Assembly (NCBI GenBank): GCA_000436535.1
Contig: FR886343.1
Coordinates: forward strand, 26,691 to 90,690
Direction of reading: 5' to 3'
Length of the DNA: 64,000 nt
Origin: Eubacterium sp. CAG:252
Lineage (GTDB): Bacteria > Bacillota > Clostridia > Lachnospirales > Lachnospiraceae
The translations under genes and the position numbers were made by a program. The first letter of the stretch is position 1; each line of letters begins with the position of its first letter. The notes beneath the pieces were generated by a model. That model worked only from the letters and a program-made list of their open reading frames with translations, was not told the DNA's origin and searched no databases. Shown here piece by piece: positions 57,295 through 64,000 of this stretch.

Positions 57295-58620
57295 ATGCAG
57301 ATAAAACATCTTAAAAACAGCAGGGTGGTGTTGGAGATACTCATACTCTGTATTGTATATATGTCTATGGCAGCAGGTGTGTATATTGGTTTTGCCGGTA
57401 ATGCTGCAGCAGGTGCGTACCGCTGTTTAATAGTTTTAATACCTGTATTAGTTACATATTATTCAAGAAAGCATATCAGAAGTTATCCTCTGTTTATATG
57501 TATTAATATTGTATTTGTATTTATAGCAGCGGCTCTTTCTAAAACGGATGCAGAATTCGCAGGTTATGTGTTTGTGGCTGTAGCGATAGCTGCACATTCC
57601 ATAAGACTTAAGGGACTGTATGTACAGAAGAAACAGTATGAAAGAGCAAGCGAGATAAGCTATGATGTGTCTGGCAGAAGCAAGGACGATATTCAGCTTG
57701 CGGTCAATGCAACAGAGAAGCTTCACGTAGCATATTGTGTATTTATGATAGGTTTTTATATACTTGGAAGCCATAATAACAATACAACACTTATGGGAAT
57801 ACAGTTGTTTCTGTTTATAGCATTTGTTATATGCCAGTTCTTCTACGGACAGGTGAGCGAGTTATATAAGATATTTGCGGTCAATGAGGGGAAGTCAGAG
57901 TTCCCGGCAAGAAGAATACTCCGTATAAATATGGCTATGATGATAGTGTTTGCGGTATTTATGGTGCTTGGAATGTTACTTTTCTACAGTGGAAAGTACG
58001 GTAATATATTCCAGACAATAGTGGCAGGGCTTATGGCAGTACTTAAGGGAATATTATGGGTTCTTCTAAAGCTGTTAGGACTTGGACCGGATACAGAATA
58101 TGAAGCGGAGAGTGAGCCATTTACGCAGGAAATACAGACAAGCACAAAGGACGACCTTACTGCCTCTGCATATAACCCTGTAGGTAATGCGCTTTTTGAA
58201 GTGTTTGCATTATGTGCGCTCATAGGAATGTTTATAGCAATAATATACGCTATAGTAAAGTATGCAAAAGGTTTTAGAAAGTCGTTAGATAACGATGGCG
58301 ATGAAATAGAATACCTTAATAAGGACACAGAAAAAGAGCAGTACGGAATAAAGCGTGAAAAGCCAAAAGAAACAAAGGATAAGAATAATATCCAGTACAG
58401 AAAGCTTTATAAAAAGTATGCAAAGTCAAAGAAGTATATGACAAAGAATAAGTTGTCAGGTGTTAAGGCTAATCAGGAAATGATGCCAGATGAGATAACA
58501 AAGAAGCTTATAACAGACGATGAGACAAAGAGTAAGATAATAACTGAAAGTTATGAAAAGGCGCGCTATTCAGATAAAGAAGTGTCAAAGGAAGATATAG
58601 AATTCTTAAAGAAGCTGTGA
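57295..58620 (+). CDS. Polytopic membrane protein with a charged C-terminal domain, third gene of the MoxR-DUF58 operon
   Basis: About 8 predicted TM helices, then a K/E-rich cytoplasmic tail. Confidence 0.5.
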   Translation: MQIKHLKNSRVVLEILILCIVYMSMAAGVYIGFAGNAAAGAYRCLIVLIPVLVTYYSRKHIRSYPLFICINIVFVFIAAALSKTDAEFAGYVFVAVAIAAHSIRLKGLYVQKKQYERASEISYDVSGRSKDDIQLAVNATEKLHVAYCVFMIGFYILGSHNNNTTLMGIQLFLFIAFVICQFFYGQVSELYKIFAVNEGKSEFPARRILRINMAMMIVFAVFMVLGMLLFYSGKYGNIFQTIVAGLMAVLKGILWVLLKLLGLGPDTEYEAESEPFTQEIQTSTKDDLTASAYNPVGNALFEVFALCALIGMFIAIIYAIVKYAKGFRKSLDNDGDEIEYLNKDTEKEQYGIKREKPKETKDKNNIQYRKLYKKYAKSKKYMTKNKLSGVKANQEMMPDEITKKLITDDETKSKIITESYEKARYSDKEVSKEDIEFLKKL

Positions 58621-58628
58621 TTTAGTGG

Positions 58629-58974
58629 TTGACATTATCTGGTATATGAGTTATTATCTAAACAATTGATAATAAGTAAATGCTACGAAGAGGAATATTA
58701 GATAAGAACCGGCTTCAGAGAGCTGTCGTATGGTGCAAGACAGTGGAAGGAACTTATTGAACTCGCCTTGGAGCTGCTACCCGAAATATTACGATAGAGT
58801 AGACGTAGACGGAGGCCGACCGTTAAAGCGGACAGAATATAATACACATATTGTTTACAGATGTGTACGTATTCAGTGAGAGCGTAGTGAAAGCTACGAA
58901 TAAGAGTGGTATCGCGTGAGATTATATCTTTCGTCTCTTAGGGGCAGGTGTCCTTTGGAGGCGGAAGTTTTTTT
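58629..58974 (+). promoter_or_regulatory. T-box riboswitch leader (leucine specifier) with promoter and terminator, upstream of leuA
   Basis: Promoter TTGACA (58629-58634), 17-nt spacer, TATTAT (58652-58657). Stem I carries AGAGA and GA motifs and a candidate specifier CUU-A or CUC (both Leu). The T-box sequence AATAAGAGTGGTATCGCGTG at 58899-58918 matches the AGGGUGGNACCGCG consensus at 12 of 14 positions. The terminator is CTTTCGTCTC-ttaggggcaggtgtcctttg-GAGGCGGAAG plus TTTTTTT (58928-58974), and its 5' strand overlaps the T-box. Confidence 0.6.
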
Positions 58975-59168
58975 AGTTTTATGGCTCTTTTAAAGAGTGT
59001 CTTACATAACTAATATGCGGTATTCAGTCATACAATGTATTAACTTATAGGTGTTTACTTATATCAGGACAGGATTGAGTATTATTAATGTTTAATATGA
59101 CAATCCGTATATATAGTGAGTGAATAGCTCTAATGACGTATAATTAGGAAAACAGGAGGAATTGAGGA

Positions 59169-60830
59169 ATGTTTGATTACAGACAGTATAAGAGAGGTTA
59201 TTTTATGCCACCAGTTGAGTGCAATGACTGGGTGAAGAAGGAGTATATTGACAAGGCACCAGTATGGTGTTCAGTTGACTTAAGAGATGGTAATCAGGCT
59301 TTAGTTGAACCTATGAGCCTTGATGAAAAGCTTGAGTTCTTTAACAAGCTTATCGAGGTTGGTTTCAAGGAAATCGAGATAGGTTTCCCGGCAGCATCAG
59401 AAACTGAATACGAGCTCTGCCGTACACTCATTGAGAAGAATATGATTCCTGATGATGTAACTATCCAGGTGCTTACACAGGCAAGACCACATATTATAAA
59501 GAAGACATTTGAGGCAGTAAAGGGCGCACCAAGAGCGATTGTGCATGTATATAATTCAACATCTTTAGCACAGAGAGAACAGGTGTTCAGAAAGTCTAAG
59601 GATGAAGTTAAGCAGATAGCCATAGAGGGTGCCAGGTTACTTAAGGAGCTTGCAGAGGCAGATGGTGGCAACTTCCTTTTTGAGTACAGCCCAGAAAGCT
59701 TTACAGGTACAGAACCAGAATATGCACTTGAAGTATGTAACGCTGTTATAGATATATGGCAGCCAACACCTGATAAGAAGTGTATCATCAATCTTCCTGC
59801 TACAGTAGAAATGTCACTTCCACATGTATTTGCAAGCCAGATTGAATATATGAGCAAAAATCTTCATAACCGTGAAAATGTTGTTGTATCACTTCATCCT
59901 CATAACGACAGGGGAACAGGCGTTGCAGATGCAGAACTTGGCTTACTTGCAGGCGCAGACAGAATAGAGGGTACATTATTCGGTAATGGTGAGAGAACAG
60001 GTAACGTAGATATAGTTAACCTTGCCATGAATATGTATGCACAGGGTGTTGACCCTGAACTTGACCTTTCAGATATGCCAAAGCTTTCAGAAATGTTTGA
60101 ACGTCTTACACAGATGAAGATAGATGACAGGCATCCTTACTGTGGTAAGCTTGTATTCGCAGCATTTTCGGGCTCACATCAGGATGCTATTTCAAAGGGT
60201 ATGCACTACAGAATTGAACAGGATCCATCTAAGTGGACAGTTCCATATCTTCCTATTAATCCTGAAGATGTCGGACGTACATACGATTCAGATGTTATCA
60301 GAATAAACAGCCAGTCAGGTAAGGGCGGCGTTGCATACGTTCTTGAGCATAACTACGGAATGATTATACCAAAGGCTATGAGAGAAGACTTAGGCTATGC
60401 AGTTAAGGATGTATCAGATGTACATCATAAGGAACTTGCACCAGATGAAGTACTTGAGATATTTGAGAGGAGATATAAGAACTTCACTCCTGTATTCAAG
60501 ATATCAGAAGTACACTTTAAGCAGATTGATGGTATCCAGACAGAAGTTACTATTGAGCAGAATGGAGAAAAGATTGTTATAAATGCTGGTGGTAACGGTC
60601 GTCTTGATGCGGTAAGCAACGCACTTTCAAAGCATTTTGGAAAGCCTTGCGATGTAATGTGCTATGAGGAACATTCATTAAAGCAGGGTTCAGATTCAAG
60701 TGCCATAGCTTATGTAGGAATTAAGGGCGAAGATGGCAAGGAATACTTTGGTATAGGTATCGACCACGATATTATCAGAGCTTCTATAGATGCCGTTGAG
60801 TCAGCTATGAACAGAAGTATGAGCAATTAA
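59169..60830 (+). CDS. leuA: 2-isopropylmalate synthase, long LeuA2-type
   Basis: PVWCSVDLRDGNQALVEPMS...EIEIGFPAASETEYE...HPHNDRGTGVA DRE-TIM metallolyase motifs and a C-terminal LeuA allosteric domain. Confidence 0.85.
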   Translation: MFDYRQYKRGYFMPPVECNDWVKKEYIDKAPVWCSVDLRDGNQALVEPMSLDEKLEFFNKLIEVGFKEIEIGFPAASETEYELCRTLIEKNMIPDDVTIQVLTQARPHIIKKTFEAVKGAPRAIVHVYNSTSLAQREQVFRKSKDEVKQIAIEGARLLKELAEADGGNFLFEYSPESFTGTEPEYALEVCNAVIDIWQPTPDKKCIINLPATVEMSLPHVFASQIEYMSKNLHNRENVVVSLHPHNDRGTGVADAELGLLAGADRIEGTLFGNGERTGNVDIVNLAMNMYAQGVDPELDLSDMPKLSEMFERLTQMKIDDRHPYCGKLVFAAFSGSHQDAISKGMHYRIEQDPSKWTVPYLPINPEDVGRTYDSDVIRINSQSGKGGVAYVLEHNYGMIIPKAMREDLGYAVKDVSDVHHKELAPDEVLEIFERRYKNFTPVFKISEVHFKQIDGIQTEVTIEQNGEKIVINAGGNGRLDAVSNALSKHFGKPCDVMCYEEHSLKQGSDSSAIAYVGIKGEDGKEYFGIGIDHDIIRASIDAVESAMNRSMSN

Positions 60831-60973
60831 CCGCCAGATAAAATCTGAACAGTAACATATGTGTAGTTAAGCAGTATGTAATAGCAAAATTAGCTTTTGC
60901 ATACTGCTTATTTATGTGTTACAATAAGGCGAAAGCATGTTCGCATGTTATGATGAAGGATGGTATTACAGTG

Positions 60974-61585
60974 ATGAAGAGGACTATACTTGCATCTGGT
61001 TCACCAAGAAGAAAAGAGCTTCTTGAACAGATAGGAATGGAATTCATAGTAATAACAAGTGAAGCAGATGAACATACAGATATAACAGACCCAGAACAGT
61101 ATGTAATATACCTTTCTGGAATAAAGGCAGAGGCAGTTCATAATAAGATACAGGAAAGTAATATAGATGACATTGTATCTGATAAAGAATGGCAGCAGGA
61201 TATTAAGGAAGGTGATTATGTCATAATAGGAGCTGACACAATAGTGAGCCATAAAGGACATATACTCACAAAGCCTAAGGATGAGCAGGATGCTTACAAT
61301 ATGTTAAAAGAACTTTCCGGCGACTGTCATCAGGTGTATACAGGCGTAACACTTATGTATGGTGACGGCAGGAAAAAGAGCTTTGCTGGCAGGACGGATG
61401 TGTACTGTTATGAGCTTACAGACAAGGAAATATGGGACTATATAAGTACAGGAGAACCTATGGACAAGGCAGGTGCTTATGGCATACAGGGACGTTTCGC
61501 TGCATTTATTAAAAAGATAGATGGCGATTATAATAATGTTGTAGGACTGCCGGTAGCAGGAGTATATCAGGAGATGAAGTTATGA
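60974..61585 (+). CDS. maf: Maf-family nucleoside triphosphate pyrophosphatase
   Basis: MKRTILASGSPRRKELL is the conserved Maf N-terminus, followed by GADTIV and GLPV motifs. The ATG at 60974 is preferred over the upstream track start. Confidence 0.85.
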   Translation: MKRTILASGSPRRKELLEQIGMEFIVITSEADEHTDITDPEQYVIYLSGIKAEAVHNKIQESNIDDIVSDKEWQQDIKEGDYVIIGADTIVSHKGHILTKPKDEQDAYNMLKELSGDCHQVYTGVTLMYGDGRKKSFAGRTDVYCYELTDKEIWDYISTGEPMDKAGAYGIQGRFAAFIKKIDGDYNNVVGLPVAGVYQEMKL

Positions 61586-62367
61586 TTAAGCTGGTTGCAA
61601 GTGACCTTGATGGAACGATATTAAGAAATGGTGCACAGAGTGTAGATGCATCTACTATAGAGGTTATAGATAAGCTGCTGTCGGCAGGAGTTCTTTTCGC
61701 ACCTGCAAGTGGAAGACAGATAGTGAGCCTGAAAAGACTGTTTGAGCCGGTAAGTGACAGACTTGTGTATATATCAGAGAATGGCGCACTCAGCGAATAT
61801 AAGGGTGAAGTTATAGCTAAGACAGCTATGGACAGAAAGCTTGCGCTAAAGATTATAGAAGATGTATATGAACAGCCCAACTGTGAAGTGCTTATATCAG
61901 GACAGCATACAGCATATATTAAGCCTAAGACAGAAGAGTATCTTTACAGGATGACAAAGGTTGTAAACTATAAGACTACGCTTATTGATAAGTTTACAGA
62001 TATAGACGATGATATATTAAAGATTGCAGTGTGCGACCTTAGCGGAATACAGAACTCCAAGGAGCATTTTTTTAGTAAGTGGGAAGGACAGGCATCTATA
62101 GCAGTGTCTGGTGACCTTTATCTTGATTTTATGGAAAGCAGTGTCACTAAGGGCAAGGCTATGAGGCAGATTCAGGAGTATTTCGGTCTGTCTAAGGATG
62201 AGTGTATGGCGTTTGGTGATAATTATAATGATGTCGATATGCTTGATTCAGTTACTTATTCTTATGTTATGAGTACTGCGGCTGAGGATATTAAAAAACA
62301 CGGAAGATATATAACAGACTGGGTTGAAAAGTCACTCCGTGAAAGTTTTAAGGATATTCTCGGATAA
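61582..62367 (+). CDS. Cof-type HAD-IIB family hydrolase
   Basis: DxD motif LVASDLDGTIL at the N-terminus and FGDNYNDVDML near the C-terminus; overlaps the maf stop. Confidence 0.85.
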   Translation: MIKLVASDLDGTILRNGAQSVDASTIEVIDKLLSAGVLFAPASGRQIVSLKRLFEPVSDRLVYISENGALSEYKGEVIAKTAMDRKLALKIIEDVYEQPNCEVLISGQHTAYIKPKTEEYLYRMTKVVNYKTTLIDKFTDIDDDILKIAVCDLSGIQNSKEHFFSKWEGQASIAVSGDLYLDFMESSVTKGKAMRQIQEYFGLSKDECMAFGDNYNDVDMLDSVTYSYVMSTAAEDIKKHGRYITDWVEKSLRESFKDILG

Positions 62368-62467
62368 TTTTTGTGTTAAGTGGGGCGTGAGTTTAAAGTT
62401 TTATTGTAAAGGTACGAATGTTCTTATAATTTGAGCCCAAGATTATATTTTATATGGAGGTTTTGTT

Positions 62468-62734
62468 ATGAATAAACATATTAAGGAATGTGCGGAAGTA
62501 TTTTTAAGAGATCAGGGAAGACTTTTTGATGAGCCTGTTGTGTTTGATGTAAGTGAGGCTGAGGATTTCCTTGAGGAATGTTTTGCACAGTATTGCAAGA
62601 ATATTAAGGAATTAAAGCGGGTTATGGACGATGAAGGCATGGATGTATCAGGACTTTCAGATGCAGAGATAGAAGAGCAGTTAGAGGTATTCAAGCTGGA
62701 TGATAACCATGGGTACTTTTTTGTACAGGCATAG
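62468..62734 (+). CDS. Hypothetical small acidic protein (88 aa)
   Basis: ORF with RBS GGAGG before the ATG; no recognisable motifs. Confidence 0.4.
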   Translation: MNKHIKECAEVFLRDQGRLFDEPVVFDVSEAEDFLEECFAQYCKNIKELKRVMDDEGMDVSGLSDAEIEEQLEVFKLDDNHGYFFVQA

Positions 62735-62829
62735 TAAGAAGCGATATTTTAATATTTAGATAGTTGGGGCTTTTGCCCCGGCATTTATATTCGTTATGCT
62801 CAAAAAACGTGAGCAGAAATGGAGATTAT

Positions 62830-63309
62830 ATGAAAATAACCATATGTTGTGTTGGAAAGGTCAAGGAGAAGTTCTACTGTCAGGCGATTGATGAGTATTC
62901 TAAAAGACTGTCAAAGTACTGTAAGCTTGAGATAAAGGAAGTGGCAGATGAGAAGACACCGGACAGCGCAAGTGATAATGTAAACAGGATGATAAAAGCC
63001 AAAGAGGGAGAGAGACTTCTATCCTGTATTAAGGATGATATGTATGTCATCGCACTTGCCATAGACGGGAAAATGCTTGACTCTGTTGAACTGTCTGAAA
63101 AGATAGCCAGCCTTGGAATATCAGGAAAAAGTGATATCGCATTTGTTATAGGCGGCTCGCTCGGACTTGATGATAAGGTGTTACAGAGGGCAGATTATAA
63201 GCTGAGTTTTTCTAAGATGACATTTCCACACCAGCTTATGAGAGTAATACTTTTAGAACAGATATACAGAAGCTTTAGAATAATGAAGAATGAGCCGTAT
63301 CATAAGTAG
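62830..63309 (+). CDS. rlmH: 23S rRNA (pseudouridine1915-N3)-methyltransferase RlmH
   Basis: SPOUT fold with [10 protein letters not shown]...FVIGGSLGL. The ATG at 62830 follows GGAGA; the track ORF is over-extended 5'. Confidence 0.9.
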   Translation: MKITICCVGKVKEKFYCQAIDEYSKRLSKYCKLEIKEVADEKTPDSASDNVNRMIKAKEGERLLSCIKDDMYVIALAIDGKMLDSVELSEKIASLGISGKSDIAFVIGGSLGLDDKVLQRADYKLSFSKMTFPHQLMRVILLEQIYRSFRIMKNEPYHK

Positions 63310-63331
63310 GAATAAAGTATGAAAGGTGAAT

Positions 63332-64000
63332 ATGATGAAAAGAAGGAAGAAGAGAATAGTTACAATTCTTATAATAGCAGCTGCGGTTGCTGCTGTGCTG
63401 GTATTTATAAAGTTTTTTAACGGAAACGGTCTGTATATATCAACAGGTATGGGTAAAAATGTACTTGCAAAGGTTGACGGACAAAAGACTTACACTATGG
63501 ATGCTGCTGTGCTTATGTCGGATGCAAAGTCGCAGTATGAGGAAATGTTTGGAAGTTCTATATGGACACAGCAGATTGATGGAAAAACATTTGAAGAATA
63601 CATCAAAGACCAGATAAGAGTTAAGCTCATAAGAGTAAGATGTATGAATGTCATGGCGAAGGAAAAGGGCGTTGTTCTTGGAAGAGAAGAAAAAGAGGGC
63701 GTTAAAAAGGCATCAGAGGAGTACTATAACGCTCTTACAAATGAGCAGAGAAGTAAATATTCAATAACAGAGGATAAGCTTAACCAGATGTTTACAGAGT
63801 TTGCCTTAGCACAGAAGCTGTATAACGACCAGATTTCAGTTATGGATATCGAAGTCAGTGCTGATGACTCAAGAGTAATTAATATACAGTATATAGTTAC
63901 TGACACAAGGGAAGAGATAGAAAATGCCTATGCTGAACTTAACGAGGGCAACTCATTTTTTGCAATAGCAAAGAAGTATAATTCTGATGGCGAATATGAG
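63332..64000 (+). CDS. Membrane-anchored SurA-N/PrsA-like foldase (3' end outside the window)
   Basis: Open frame from ATG 63332 (RBS AAAGGTG) to the window end. An N-terminal signal-anchor (IVTILIIAAAVAAVLVF) is followed by a SurA-N-like chaperone domain. Confidence 0.65.
   Translation, partial: MMKRRKKRIVTILIIAAAVAAVLVFIKFFNGNGLYISTGMGKNVLAKVDGQKTYTMDAAVLMSDAKSQYEEMFGSSIWTQQIDGKTFEEYIKDQIRVKLIRVRCMNVMAKEKGVVLGREEKEGVKKASEEYYNALTNEQRSKYSITEDKLNQMFTEFALAQKLYNDQISVMDIEVSADDSRVINIQYIVTDTREEIENAYAELNEGNSFFAIAKKYNSDGEYE

Noticed and set aside
1-64000. Looked for CRISPR arrays, IS or transposase genes, integrase or phage genes, restriction-modification or other defence systems, and toxin-antitoxin pairs
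   Set aside because: No direct-repeat and spacer array exists; the only tandem repeat is intragenic in infB. No transposase, integrase, methyltransferase-endonuclease pair or other defence-like domains are visible in any ORF of 60 aa or more.

Overview
This window is a chromosomal segment of a low-GC, flagellated Firmicute. The gene content and order look Clostridia or Lachnospiraceae-like, but that is inference from the sequence alone. Almost every gene is on the + strand; the one minus-strand gene is a DUF1292 protein.

The gene order follows the conserved Firmicutes backbone known from Bacillus subtilis. It runs from the end of the fla/che operon through sigD, rpsB-tsf, pyrH-frr-uppS-cdsA-dxr-rseP, polC, rimP-nusA-ylxR-L7Ae-infB, rbfA-truB-ribF, rpsO and pnp. 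Downstream of pnp come housekeeping and signalling genes. These are a HIT protein, a degenerate-GGDEF/EAL protein, yebC, a second PilZ protein, a zinc-ribbon protein, a beta-propeller protein, greA, a UvrD-family helicase, an Lrp regulator, the MoxR-DUF58-membrane protein triad, T-box-controlled leuA, maf, a Cof hydrolase, rlmH and a PrsA-like foldase.

I found no CRISPR array, transposase, integrase or recognisable defence genes. The interesting material is where the window departs from the backbone.

- **Repeated element:** a structured, non-coding element of about 110 nt occurs twice, directly after the polC stop and directly after the infB terminator.
- **polC-rimP insertion:** a 1.5 kb insertion sits between polC and rimP. 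It carries a small membrane protein gene, about 600 nt of ORF-free DNA and a stand-alone tRNA-Glu(CUC) with its own promoter. Roughly 260 nt of the ORF-free stretch is closed by a 19-bp perfect helix.
- **infB tandem repeat:** a near-perfect 102-bp tandem repeat lies inside infB and encodes an R/G/Y/N/D low-complexity array.
- **Insertions in the conserved run:** a methyl-accepting chemotaxis protein and a bactofilin gene are inserted between tsf and pyrH, and nrnA is inserted between rbfA and truB.
- **Long CheB linker:** CheB has an unusually long linker between its two domains.
- **Cyclic di-GMP genes:** several c-di-GMP genes are scattered through the window.

Start codons were re-evaluated against ribosome-binding sites, because the six-frame track over-extends several ORFs.
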